From positions 896,001 through 960,000 of the forward strand of contig CAWCAG010000009.1 in the NCBI GenBank assembly GCA_963793425.1: 64,000 nucleotides of DNA, given 5' to 3'. The DNA is from an uncultured cyanobacterium. Its GTDB lineage: Bacteria > Cyanobacteriota > Cyanobacteriia > Cyanobacteriales > CAWCAG01. The position numbers were made by a program, and so were the translations under genes. This document shows positions 11,301-20,600 of the stretch, in pieces; position 1 is the stretch's first letter, and each line of letters starts with the position of its first letter. The notes beneath the pieces were generated by a model. The model was not told the DNA's origin. It did no database searches and saw nothing but the letters and a program-made list of their open reading frames with translations.

Positions 11301-13141
11301 TGGGGAACAGCAAAGATAACTGGATTCGTACCCTAGACGGTGACGACTTCATCGCTGGTCATGGTGGTAATGACCTCATTGAAGGAGGGGCAGGAATTGA
11401 TACTGTTAGTTACCAGTGGGATAACGGCAGCGTTGATGTTAACCTCTCCCAAAAAAGTGCCACCGATGGTTACGGAGATCATGACATCCTCAAAGATATC
11501 GAGAACGTTATTGGTTCCGAGAAAAGCGACAAAATTATCGGGGATGGACAAGATAATCTTCTCATTGGTGTTGGTGGCAACGATGAGATTTTTGGTAGAG
11601 GAGGGGATGACACCCTCGCTGGTGGAGAAGGAAACGACATTCTTGCTGGGGAGGAAGGAGACGACATCCTCCTGGGACAAGAGGGAGACGATGACCTCAG
11701 AGGGGGTGAAGGAGACGACCATCTTTGTGGTGGTGATGATAACGACCTACTCTACGGCGGAGACGGAGACGACACCCTGCAAGGGGGAGACGGCAACGAC
11801 ACCCTTCAAGGTTTTGAAGGAGATGATCAACTCGAAGGTGGCAATGGCAACGATGAACTCTCTGGAGGGGAAGGAGAAGACGACCTAGATGGTGGCTACG
11901 GAGACGACATCCTTTACGGTAACGATGATGCAGACCAACTATTTGGTGATGCCGGTGATGATTCCCTTTACGGAGGAACTGAAGATGATACCTTAGATGG
12001 TGGCCGCGGCAATGACTTACTGAAAGGAGAAGATGGTGATGACATTCTCATCGGTGGGGCTGGCAACGACCAACTCGATGGTAGTTTTGGTGATGACTTC
12101 CTTGATGGTGGGGCTGGTAATGACCTAATTGTAGGGGCTACAGGACGTGATCAACTTATTGGTGGGGCTGGCAATGATATCCTGGATGGCGGCTCTAATC
12201 AAGACAACCTTGATGGCGGTGCTGGCAATGATCAACTCATTGGTGGTAATGGTGATGATAACTTAGATGGTGGCTCTGGAGATGATATCCTAGACGGTGG
12301 CAACGAGGATGATCAACTCATTGGTGGTGCAGGCAACGATCAACTCATCGGCGGTAGTGGTGAAGATAACCTTGATGGGGGTTCGGGTAACGATACCCTA
12401 GAGGGGGGCAATGATGATGATAACCTCATCGGTGGCATGGGTGACGACAAACTCTATGGGGGTAACGACTACGATAACCTCGAAGGTGGTATTGGAAATG
12501 ATCTCCTTGATGGTGGTGAGGGCAAAGATACCCTGATAGGTGGTGCAGGTGACGATGAGTTGTACGGAGAGAAAGGTAAAGATCTTCTTGATGGCGGTTC
12601 TGGTGACGACTTTCTCTCCGGAGGAGATAATGCAGATAGGCTCTTCGGTCGTTCTGGTGCAGACCGTTTAGAAGGGGGAGAAGGCCACGATGAACTTTTT
12701 GGTGCAGACGGCAACGACTCTCTCTATGGAGATGGGGGGCGCGATGAACTAGAGGGGGGCAGTGGTGATGATTTGCTGTACGGAGGTGATGATGATGATG
12801 TCTTGCTAGGGCAATCCGGTAATGACTTCCTGTCTGGAGGAGAAGAAGATGACCTGATTGATGGTGGTTTTGGTCAAGATACCTTAGAAGGGGGAGAAGG
12901 CAAAGATACCTTCATTATGGCGAGGAATCAAGGTATGGATACTATTCTCGATTTCCAAGTTGGTACTGATGTTTTCGGCTTGTCTGGAGGACTGGAGTTT
13001 GCACAACTTTCCTTTAGCCAAGGAGTCGGTTCATCAGAAAAGGACGCATTTATCGGTTTTGTAAATACAGGTGAATTACTAGCTTCGTTGACAAACTTCC
13101 AAGCTGATACCTTAACAAGTGAAAGCTTCACCAACGTCTAA
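5315..13141 (+). CDS. Giant secreted protein: N-terminal metzincin (M10/serralysin-like) zinc protease plus a very long Ca2+-binding RTX repeat region, 2608 aa
   Basis: HEIGHALGLQH (HExxHxxGxxH), Met-turn NTVMSY, long runs of GGxGxDxLx / GNxGxDxIx nonapeptides, IENxIGS spacer modules, and a C-terminal GMDTILDF..GTDVFGL tail typical of T1SS-secreted proteins. Confidence 0.9.
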   Translation: MSSPNVSPILSGKLWNSNSITYSFITDESKDLYEHKTKNRKIVAQSVTSDVVDFVEDIFEKVFEPFINLDFSKEEEIVEDTTFGFLPLVPEKKLTNAGIIRIMFDNDMTAPGAAFYPGDTSYKSKYGDIFLNPLEDFSLGPSSERYKTLIHEIGHALGLQHPHKGGMATSEDNGSNTVMSYNHTSPYYPISLMPYDMFALQTLYGAKGKYGGNEETIYKFRSVFEYSVDGTDYYKFSTDSSKESASPSKNTLWDSGGDSDVLNLSFLKPESIPVSGFHYYFNINPGGVITTAKSYYVGKSYDPVDSTGEGDSSLPEEKAISYGTFLAYSIGEFDATIENLIGSKGNDEIIGNYKSNDIKGGSGNDTIYGQAGEDTLVGGDGSDTIYGGTEDNSRDEIDGGSGIDYLHGETGNDYIEGGTEGDFLYGGPDDDQLRGDSGDDLINGEDGFDTVIYFNSPNGVIVNIDQANSYGHNRTARYNQEVSAINPDGYYRDLERSFSINAGKAIDGFDNTDTLQDIEGITGSEYSDILIGNTANNTVSALGGDDLVFGTVGNDSLYGGSGTDTISYRRASSGVNVDLFIIPFANGGQAFSDGEGGTDILINFENIVGSEHNDTLIGNLGSNVITGGNGVDVINGDAGNDFLYGERGNDTIIGGLGEDTIYGNQGVDTIWGDLEGDADSGFADTIRGGDGDDIIHAGGADDWVKGDSGYGDDQIWGDAGNDLLEGGVGNDAIWGGTGEDFIYGQDDNDTIYGESGEDYIEGNAGNDFINGNDGDDTISGNQDDDTIYGDSGNDNITGDDGQDYIEGNLGEDIISGGNDNDEIYGNEGNDLINGDAGDDTIAGNQDNDTIYGDDGDDNITGDDGQDYIEGNLGEDIISGGNDNDEIYGNEGDDLINGDAGDDTIAGNQDNDIIYGDDGDDNITGDDGQDYIEGNLGEDIISGGNDNDEIYGNEGNDLINGGAGNDTIFGNQDNDTIYGDDGNDNISGNDGQDYIEGNLGEDIISGGNDNDEIYGNEGEDLINGNNGDDQISGNEDNDTIYGDDGEDNITGDDGQDYIEGNLGDDTISGGNDNDEILGNEGNDLINGDAGDDTIYGNEDDDEIYGDDGQDYIEGNLGKDNISGGNDNDEIYGNEGDDLINGNAGDDTIAGNEDNDEIYGNEGNDLINGDAGDDTIYGNEDDDEIYGDDGNDNISGNDGQDYIEGNLGEDTISGGNDNDEIYGNEGNDLINGDAGDDTIYGNGDDDEIYGDDGQDYIEGNLGKDNISGGNDNDEIFGNEGNDLINGDAGNDTIYGNEDDDEIYGDDGQDYIEGNLGNDTISGGNDNDEIYGNEGDDLINGNAGDDTIAGNEDNDEIYGNEGNDLINGNDGDDQISGNEDNDTIYGDDGNDNITGDDGQDYIEGNLGDDTISGGNDNDEIFGNEGDDLINGDNGDDTIAGNQDNDTIYGDDGNDNITGDDGQDYIEGNLGDDTISGGNDNDEIFGNKGEDLINGNDGDDTIAGNQDNDTIYGDGGDDTITGDSGQDYIEGNNGDDTISGGDDNDEIYGNQGEDIINGNDGDDIIAGNQDNDTIYGDDGDDNITGDNGRDYIEGNDGNDNISGGRDGDTILGGQGEDNITGDGGDDTINGNSGDDIISGGLNNDTIFGDEGEDYIDAGAGNDFADGGDGIDLIYGREGEDTLDGGAGDDQIFGEAGNDTLLGSEGQDYFDGDIGSDYLDGGNDDDQMFGREGNDYLYGGAGNDNLDAAEGNDELFGGDGNDNLNAGNGNDILSGGNGNDNLDAGTGEDYLEGGTGNDILNAGAGDDVAEGGDGDDQIEGGDGSDYLNGGGGDDNIAAGAGDDLLLGGAGNDTMAGDDGDDELYGGEGNDSLDGGNGDDILDAGEGNDSLIGGAGDDELYGGDGDDFLDGGDGSDFIDGGAGVDQVTFATSTVGVRINLDDENSYEYHDYEYCDNDCDIEVANPEPRFALDPGEVYDEMDASDTLVNIEDIIASNQDDVMMGNSKDNWIRTLDGDDFIAGHGGNDLIEGGAGIDTVSYQWDNGSVDVNLSQKSATDGYGDHDILKDIENVIGSEKSDKIIGDGQDNLLIGVGGNDEIFGRGGDDTLAGGEGNDILAGEEGDDILLGQEGDDDLRGGEGDDHLCGGDDNDLLYGGDGDDTLQGGDGNDTLQGFEGDDQLEGGNGNDELSGGEGEDDLDGGYGDDILYGNDDADQLFGDAGDDSLYGGTEDDTLDGGRGNDLLKGEDGDDILIGGAGNDQLDGSFGDDFLDGGAGNDLIVGATGRDQLIGGAGNDILDGGSNQDNLDGGAGNDQLIGGNGDDNLDGGSGDDILDGGNEDDQLIGGAGNDQLIGGSGEDNLDGGSGNDTLEGGNDDDNLIGGMGDDKLYGGNDYDNLEGGIGNDLLDGGEGKDTLIGGAGDDELYGEKGKDLLDGGSGDDFLSGGDNADRLFGRSGADRLEGGEGHDELFGADGNDSLYGDGGRDELEGGSGDDLLYGGDDDDVLLGQSGNDFLSGGEEDDLIDGGFGQDTLEGGEGKDTFIMARNQGMDTILDFQVGTDVFGLSGGLEFAQLSFSQGVGSSEKDAFIGFVNTGELLASLTNFQADTLTSESFTNV

Positions 13142-13635
13142 GTTGAGTTGAGTAGGCGTTGCATCAATATGGGAGAATACAGGATTTCTAGCTAAGTGTT
13201 ACAGAGGTTTTATGTGAAGCGATCGCTTCATTGTAATAGTTAAGTTTTTTAGATAGTAAGTGCGGGAAGTACCGAAATCAGGATAACCGTCCTCATAATG
13301 TTTATCCCCAAGTTCCACTATTGGAAGTTCTTTGTAACTGGGGAGAACAGCATTTAGCCAAGTTTCCCCAAAGCGAATAGACACTCACTCTTCTGATTAG
13401 TATTAGCCCCAGCTTCAATAAGCATATCAACAGTATCTATGTTGCTTTAGAAGCAAGGGGTTTTTAGGTATGGCTTGAATAAGAGGATGGGGAATTGGTA
13501 TAGTAGTTCAGAAAAACCAGAGCGAATGGCAACAAACACTCTGGCTGTCACTGAAGCAAGTCAATAATATCTCAAAACATCAATTGGGTGGAAGTGCAAG
13601 AATTTCTACCCATTATGTTTTTTCTCAGTAAACTG

Positions 13636-13665
13636 TCCTGAACCTTCTATTTGCTCTCGTAATCT
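13636..13665 (+). promoter_or_regulatory. DIF1-like promoter (TCCTGA-N17-GTAATCT) in front of the NsiR1-like sRNA
   Basis: TCCTGA at 13636-13641 is one mismatch from TCCGGA; a 17-nt spacer precedes GTAATCT, which ends 6 nt before AGTAGATGCACCCTG. Confidence 0.5.
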
Positions 13666-13671
13666 AAAAAT

Positions 13672-13718
13672 AGTAGATGCACCCTGATGCTAAACCCTGG
13701 CTTCGGTCGGGGTTTTTA
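13672..13718 (+). ncRNA. nsiR1: NsiR1-like small RNA, single copy
   Basis: 5' AGTAGATGCACCCTGAT matches the conserved NsiR1 5' motif as I recall it (GGTAGATGCACCCTGAT). It is followed by a terminator hairpin AAACCCTGGC-TTCG-GTCGGGGTTT plus a T-run and preceded by a DIF1-like promoter. Confidence 0.6.
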
Positions 13719-13919
13719 TCTTTATTCTCTGCTATCAATACTGTGCTTTGTTTCAGATACTGTAATCTGCTTTACTTTCAAAAAGCCTTAACGGTTTTCT
13801 TGTTCAGCGATAAATCCCGTCGTATTTGAGCCTGCAAATATATCAACTCTTCCCATTTTTTTCAAAATTCACAGTAAGCTAAATTGGTTGGTGCAAGCTG
13901 GGAGGATAAAAGTATAAAA

Positions 13920-15882
13920 GTGAAAAGTCTTTGGCAACAAGCAGAAGCGGCTCAATATCAAGGGGAGTTAGGGTTGCGAGTCTACACTTCTCGCTTATTA
14001 GGAAAAGATCCCTCTTTGGTATTGCATGGGGGCGGTAATACTTCTGTGAAAATATCCCAAAAGAATTTGGTTGGAGAAGAAGAAAATATTCTTTACGTTA
14101 AAGGTAGTGGTTGGGATCTTGCTACCATTGAAGAAGCAGGTTTTTCCCCTGTGCGGATGAAGCATTTGTTGAAGTTAGCGAAGTTGCCATCCCTCAGTGA
14201 TCCTCAAATGGTTAATGAGTTAAAAACCAATTTAACCCTAGCGACTGCCCCATCTCCTTCTGTTGAAACTATTCTCCACGCTACCTTACCCTACAAATAT
14301 GTTGATCATACCCATGCAGATGCGGTAGTAACCATTACTAACACAGCTAATGGGCAAGAGAGAATTGCTGAGATTTATAGGGATAGCGTGGTGATTATTC
14401 CCTATGTAATGCCTGGTTTTGAATTGGCTTTAGCTTGTGCCAAAAAGTTTGCTGCCGAAGCTACGGAAAATACTATCGGAATGGTTTTGTTGAACCACGG
14501 CATCTTTTCCTTTGGTTCCACAGCTAGGGAATCCTATGAAAGGATGATTCATTTGGTTAATCGTGCCGAAACATATCTGCAGAGGAAAAAAGCGATTTTA
14601 CCTCCACCAGAAATGAAGGAGATGGAGGAGAAAACTTTACGTTATACCTTAGCATCCTTGCGTCACAAACTTTCTACTACCGCAGGTTTCCCGCTTATTC
14701 TATCTACCCATCGCAACCCTAAAACCCTTAACTTTGCTAACCGGGAAGATATTCAAAAAATTTCTCAACAGGGGCCAGCTACTCCAGATCATGTCATTCG
14801 TACCAAAGCGATACCGATGTTAGGCAAGGATGTAGAAGGTTATGGGGAGAAATATCGGGAATACTTCAAAATCCATAGCAGTAAAGAACATCGGATACTT
14901 GATCCGGTTCCTAGAGTGATCCTTGATCCAGAATTAGGAATGTGTACTGTGGGTAAAAATGTTAAAGCTGCCAACATTGTTGCTGATATTTATGACCATA
15001 CAATCGATGTGATTAAATCTGCCACGGCTTTAGGTGGTTATCAAGCTTTGCCTCCTAAGCAGCTTTTTGAGGTGGAATATTGGGATCTTGAACAAGCAAA
15101 ATTAAGGAAAGGGGGAAAAGCGCCCCTATTCACTGGGGAGATTGCTTTAGTTACGGGGGCAGCTTCTGGTATTGGTAAAGCTTGTGTTGATTCTCTGTTG
15201 AAGCGAGGGGCGGCGGTAATCGGTTTGGATATTAATGATCAGGTTACCTCTATTTGGGACTGTCCTGATTTTTATGGTCTTACCTGTGATGTTACCAATC
15301 CTCAAGCTGCTATTAAAGCCTTAGAACAAGCAGTGAGAAAGTTTGGTGGCTTAGATATGCTGATCCTCAATGCTGGTATTTTTCCTGGAGGTTGTGGAAT
15401 CGCCGATTTAACTGATGCCCAATGGCGTAAAGTTATGGCAGTTAATCTGGATGCTAATTTAGCCCTGATGCGGGAATCTTACCCTTTCCTTAAACTTGCT
15501 CCCCAAGGGGGCAGGGTAGTGGTAGTTGGCTCCAAAAATGTCCCGGCCCCGGCCCCGGTGCAGCAGCTTACTCGGCCTCCAAAGCGGCTCTCAACCAACT
15601 AGCAAGGGTTGCTGCTTTGGAATGGGGCAAAGACAAAATCCGTATTAACAGCCTCCATCCTAACGCTGTCTTTGATACAGGTATTTGGACAGAAGAAGTA
15701 TTAAAAGATCGCGCTCAACATTACGGCTTAACCGTAGAAGAATATAAAAAGAATAATATCTTACAAGTGGAAGTGACGAGCCATGATGTTGCTGAATTAG
15801 CTGCGGAAATGTGTGGCCCCTCTTCGCCAAAACCACTGCTGCCCAGCTTCCTGTTGATGGGGGTAATGAACGAGTGATTTAG
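13920..15882 (+). CDS. Bifunctional class II aldolase / short-chain dehydrogenase (RhaEW/YuxG-like); one gene split by two apparent frameshifts (~15550, ~15820)
   Basis: LVLHGGGNTSVK, VKGSGWDL, PSVETILH, HTHAD, FEVEYWDLEQAKL and VTGAASGIG. Frame-corrected continuations read PGAAAYSASKAALNQLARVAALEWG and LFAKTTAAQLPVDGGNERVI*. Probable start GTG at 13920. Confidence 0.88.
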
Positions 15883-15911
15883 GGAAAAAGCAGCAATACG
15901 ATCCTCACAAG

Positions 15912-17399
15912 TTGCGGTATAACCCTGGTAGGATAGTTTCAACAAACAGAAGAAACCCGATCAGTAAAACCTATATGAATAGAGTTGAGGGAGCAAATAT
16001 CGGACTCAAAAATAATTCTGCTCCTTTCCCTGGGAAAATGTGGAACAAAGTTGTTGCCTTATTAGCTGTTGCCAATCTCCTTTTAGTCTTGTTTAATCTC
16101 AGCTACATTCCCCTTCGGGATATTTATCTACGACAGATTCCTGCTTTGGTAGCTTTATATGATCCGATTAAAAGTATTGAAGCCCATCCCGATACTAGCC
16201 GCTATTTAAAAACAGTAGATGCTTTGACTCAGCAACTTCCTAAAGTAGGATTGCAAGCCCCAGCTACCAGAGAACTTTTTAATTTCTTGCGGCAACAAAG
16301 CACTGAGATGTTAGCAGAGAATCCCTTTTCTGTTGCTAATAAGTTTGGCACTTTTGCTAAATTGAAACGACGCATTGAACATCATCTTGATACTCAATCA
16401 GCAAAAGAAGCTTTTAATCAATTTTGGAGTCAGGACTATTTTACTAAAGTAAGCCCCCCAGAAGCATTAGGCTTTTTTGATAGCAAAATTCGCCCTTTAT
16501 TAGAAGTTAATTATTATCGTTCTGTGGATGAAAATGGTCAATTTATTGATGATTTTTGGCGCATTGATCTTTATTTTATGGTCTTTTTTGGGCTGGAATT
16601 TTTGTTAAGAAGTTTCTGGAAGTCTCGGCAAAGAGAGGATTTAACCTGGGGAGATGCCCTCTTACGCAGTTGGTACGATGGATTGATGTTACTTCCTACC
16701 TGGCGTTGGTTAAGAACTGTTCCGGTGGCAGTACGCTTGCATAAATCTGGTTTAATTAACTTAGAACGTATCCTGGCCCAGGTTACCCATGAACCCGCTG
16801 CTTACCTCGCTGATCGGGTGGGGATGTTTTTGATGGTACGCTTGATTAATCAAACTCAGGAAGCTGTGGAAACTGGGGAAGCGGCGAAGATGTTACTTCA
16901 GCCAGGGGATTATATTCAAGTTAGCGATGTAGATAAGGTTGATGCCATTCTAGATCGTATCTTGCAAATAGCTATTTATAAAGCCGTTCCTCAAGTGCAG
17001 CCAGAGTTAGAGTCTTTGTTGCATCATAGCTTGAAGGGAGCCTTCAAAAGCTCAGATTTTTACCAAGCTTTGCAACAAGTACCGGGGCTTTCTGCCCTGC
17101 CCCAAGAAGCTACTGAACAGTTAGCAGATTATTTATCCCAAGCTGCCTATGAGGTTTTGGCTACTTCCTACGGAGATGTGCAAGGAAGAGAGTTATTTGA
17201 GAATTTGACAGCAAATTTTAAACAAGTGTTGCGGCGAGAGTTACAGGATGAAAAAACTCAAGCAGAACTTCAATCTTTGTTAGCTGATTTACTTGAAGAA
17301 GTCAAATTAAATTACATTCAAGGTGCTAAGAAACAAGATCCAGAAGCAACTTTAGCTGAAGCAGAAAAGTTGCGGAATCGCCTAGAGAAGGAAATTTAA
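15912..17399 (+). CDS. Hypothetical membrane protein; real start probably at a downstream ATG (~15975 or ~16038)
   Basis: 495-aa ORF with hydrophobic segments (VVALLAVANLLLVLFNLSY; IDLYFMVFFGLEFLL) and a helical C-terminal region. Confidence 0.7.
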   Translation: MRYNPGRIVSTNRRNPISKTYMNRVEGANIGLKNNSAPFPGKMWNKVVALLAVANLLLVLFNLSYIPLRDIYLRQIPALVALYDPIKSIEAHPDTSRYLKTVDALTQQLPKVGLQAPATRELFNFLRQQSTEMLAENPFSVANKFGTFAKLKRRIEHHLDTQSAKEAFNQFWSQDYFTKVSPPEALGFFDSKIRPLLEVNYYRSVDENGQFIDDFWRIDLYFMVFFGLEFLLRSFWKSRQREDLTWGDALLRSWYDGLMLLPTWRWLRTVPVAVRLHKSGLINLERILAQVTHEPAAYLADRVGMFLMVRLINQTQEAVETGEAAKMLLQPGDYIQVSDVDKVDAILDRILQIAIYKAVPQVQPELESLLHHSLKGAFKSSDFYQALQQVPGLSALPQEATEQLADYLSQAAYEVLATSYGDVQGRELFENLTANFKQVLRRELQDEKTQAELQSLLADLLEEVKLNYIQGAKKQDPEATLAEAEKLRNRLEKEI

Positions 17400-17586
17400 G
17401 GAAGTTTAAAAGTCTTGCTGGGTTGCATTTGCTTTTTTCTCCCTTGACATGATATTATGTATATGGTGGAAAAGGTGCGCTCTTGGAAGCAATTTTTCAA
17501 CAAGAATTTAATTAACTCCGCAGCAACTTATATTTTGCTAGGCAATCTTAGACAGAATCCGGTTACTAAAGTACCTTGATAAAATT

Positions 17587-17681
17587 GACCGAATAAAGTT
17601 CTCAAACCCTTCTTTCTGCTCCCTACTCCCTGCTCCCTGCTCCCTGCTCCCTACCCTAACAGGTAACTCACACCACTCAAC
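17587..17681. repeat. Dispersed repeat family A: conserved ends around a CTCCCTG/CTCCCTA heptamer core; second copy at ~44298-44378
   Basis: ACCGAATAAA.TTCTCAAACCCT...(CTCCCTG)n...ACCCTAACAG.TAA.TCA..CCACTCAAC is shared by both loci. Confidence 0.75.
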
Positions 17682-20600
17682 ACCGATTTGTATCAGATTG
17701 AGCCAAAATTAAGTTGAGAATATTTAATTCTTTAGAGTTCATCAAGTATTTATCACTAAAGGATTTATTTCTCATTTCTTTGAGGCTATAACTACGAAAG
17801 ACTAGGAAAGGAAATTTTTCGTATTTATGACCAATAGGAACAATTTGGGCAATAGGAAAGATGGATTTTAAATAGAATTCGAGAAGTTGACGAAATCTTT
17901 GATCTTCTGGTTCAATTTCTTTATTTTGGAAATAAACTGAAAAGACATCACCAACTAAGAAAATGAATAACGGGACAGCATAATATTGATCAAGATATTG
18001 GTTATCTTGTTCTAAGGTTTGGTGGCGATGCTGCTGCTTTTCTAATTCTTCGATGAGGTATAAGGTATCTCTTATCAAGGGCTGTATCTTTTTGGAGAGA
18101 TGGTTATCTTGTTGTAATTCTGAGAGTATTTCTGCTAGGGTTAATGTCTGATCATCTATTGTCAGTCGGTAAACTTCTTCTATTCTTTGTTTAGCCAAGG
18201 GTACTATAAGCAGGCTACCAGTTACATAGCCTATTTGCAGAGGTGGAAAATTTAGTAGTGTACTCAAGTTACTATTAATTGGTTTGATGAATGCTTGGCG
18301 GATATTCTCTAATAATTGCAAGTAAGATAAGTTATGCTCAGCAGCTTGATTAGAAGTCTCGTGGATAGTTATTTCCGTTGTCTTCATCAACTCTTGTAAT
18401 TGTTTATAAGCTTGTTTAAGTTGCAGATCGTGACTACATTTCCGATGTTCTTTTTTGAGTCCTTTAATTAAGTTTCTCACTTTACCGCTGACAGATTCAC
18501 CTGCGGTAAAAATTGATTTGCCCCCGACAGGAATCATTAGGTATTTTTCGTTAGCAATGTTACCGTAACCAAAGATTCTGGTTTTAATTGAGACGTGGAG
18601 AATAATTAGAAAATTGAGTATATTGAGTTTACTTTCTTGTAGAGAAAACTGACGATCATCAGCATCTTCTAGATAATAAACTGCTTGTTCATTGAGATAA
18701 AAAATTAATTGTTTATCTTCTTTGTCTATTTGAGGATTTCCTCTCCCTCTATATATAACTTGAATGACTTCCATTAAGTTAGCTTCAATTTCAAAGCGAG
18801 GAAGTTCAACTAAAATATGTTTGACATAGGGAAAGGATAAGCCACGACTAGCAGAGGCTGTCATAAAAATAAATTGAATTTCCCTATTATTCTTATATTG
18901 GGTTATTTCTTGTTTATCTGAGTCAGCGTGGATTTCTAAATAGTCTTGATAGGGAGTGAATTTGCCTCTGCTTTCTTGAAGAGTATTAATTAAATCCTGC
19001 AACCTGGCTTTATCTTGGATATAAATAATTATTTGTTCGTTTGGTGAGTGAGAGGTTATTTGTTCGATGTCTTTAATTATTTCCTTTTGGGAACTCTCTT
19101 CTAAGTCATATTTTTTGTTTGTGTATAACTTTTTGTTATTTGCTTGGAACCTTAAGGAATGAATAAGAGTTTTATAGGTGATTTGTAGGCTTTTTGCCGG
19201 GTAAGAATTGGTATTAACCGCAATAGCTTTATGACAATTGAAAGTGAAATACTCTTTGGTTAGACAAGAGTTATTTGGGGTAGCTTTTCTAAAAAATATT
19301 TTGTTAGGTTCAGCAGTAGTATCTGATAGGTGTTGTTGGATAACTTCGGAATCGACAATCGAAGCATCAGCGACAATAATTTTAGTATTAAAATAGTTTG
19401 GGTTAATTAATCGGTATTGTTTTAACTCCTGAGTTATTCTTGATAAAAAATCTACTCCGCTGCGATCGCCGGTAATTTCATCAATAGCAATGAAGATGTG
19501 TTTGACTCGTTGCGATAGCTGTTGTAACTTAGCTTCAAGGGGTTTTCCTTCAGCCTGATTATAAACATTCCTAAAAATGCGTTGAAAATGTTTTAAGGTA
19601 TCTCCTCTACCAGATAATTTCTTCAGGGATTGGATAGCAACAGTGGCGATAATATTGTTATGTCCATTATTAAGAAGGCTGTAAATAGCTTCGGAGATAC
19701 TATACAAAACACCTTTTCTATTGCTGCCACTGTCTTGTAAGCGAGTTGCCGTTTTTCTGGTTACCCTTGGGGAATTATTAGCAGTAAATTTAGGTTTTTC
19801 ACCTTGAGGGAAAAAATCAACAGCTTGTAAGGTAAAGGAATCTTTTCTTTTGTTGCTAGAATATTGTACGGTTGCTTTACCTTTGTTGTTACCAATTAAA
19901 AGGTGGTCACTATTAACAATTATAAGGCGATCGTCACAAAGCAAATTGCTGTGAGAATCTGTTTTAAATTTCTCGGCGATATCTAAATTGACTTGAGTAC
20001 GAGGGCTAATATAGAAAAAGAGAAATCCTTCTTGCAAAATCTGTTCTTGCTTAAGAAAGTTACTAATCGCAGTAGTTTTGCCAATACCAGGATTTCCGGT
20101 TAAAAATAGATACAAACTATCATTATCTGAAGACAAAGCTTGTTTAGTTAATTCGCTATGGGCTTGTTGTAAGTTCAACTGAGGTGATAAATTTAAGTTC
20201 TGAGCAATATTAGCTGGGATAGTATCTAAGTAGCTATTAAAATCGGTAAAGGTTTCTTGATGGGTGACTAAATGTATACCATCCTTTGCTATCTGCAATA
20301 AGTTATCAACAAATGTCTCTCCGTTAGCAAAGCTTCTTTTCGCTTTACGTTTAATCATTCTCAAAACTTGTTCCCTTGCGGAGGTAATTTCTGGGGGGGA
20401 ATAATCTTGACGGTAAATCTGGTAGCAAGTTTCTAAAACCTCAAGGTTATCTTGCTGAAGACAAAGAGAAGCATAATCGCGATCGCTATAGCCAATTAAG
20501 TTAAAAGTAACTTCATCTTCTGGTGAAATTTGTTGCTGAGATTTCAACCAACACCAGAAGCTATAGGCATAACTCCCGGCTTGGATAGTTTTCATCGTTT

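Noticed and set aside
7560..12900. Regularly spaced repeats that could be mistaken for a CRISPR array or DGR
   Set aside because: They are in-frame coding RTX nonapeptides with synonymous variation, have no unique spacers, and there are no cas genes.
13199..13445. 61-aa ORF plus an adjacent ankyrin-like fragment (NIDTVDMLIEAGANTNQK) on the minus strand
   Set aside because: These are short pieces in different frames bounded by stops; probably gene debris, and no product can be supported.
15617..15877. Separate 86-aa gene, and likewise the 142-aa ORF at 46115-46543
   Set aside because: Each is the frameshifted C-terminal part of the preceding gene (aldolase/SDR and yvcK respectively).
17457..17579. 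40-codon ORF (MYMVEKVRSWKQFF...) convergent with the helicase, considered as a third component of the system
   Set aside because: It is on the opposite strand, has no motif and no clear RBS, so it cannot be supported.
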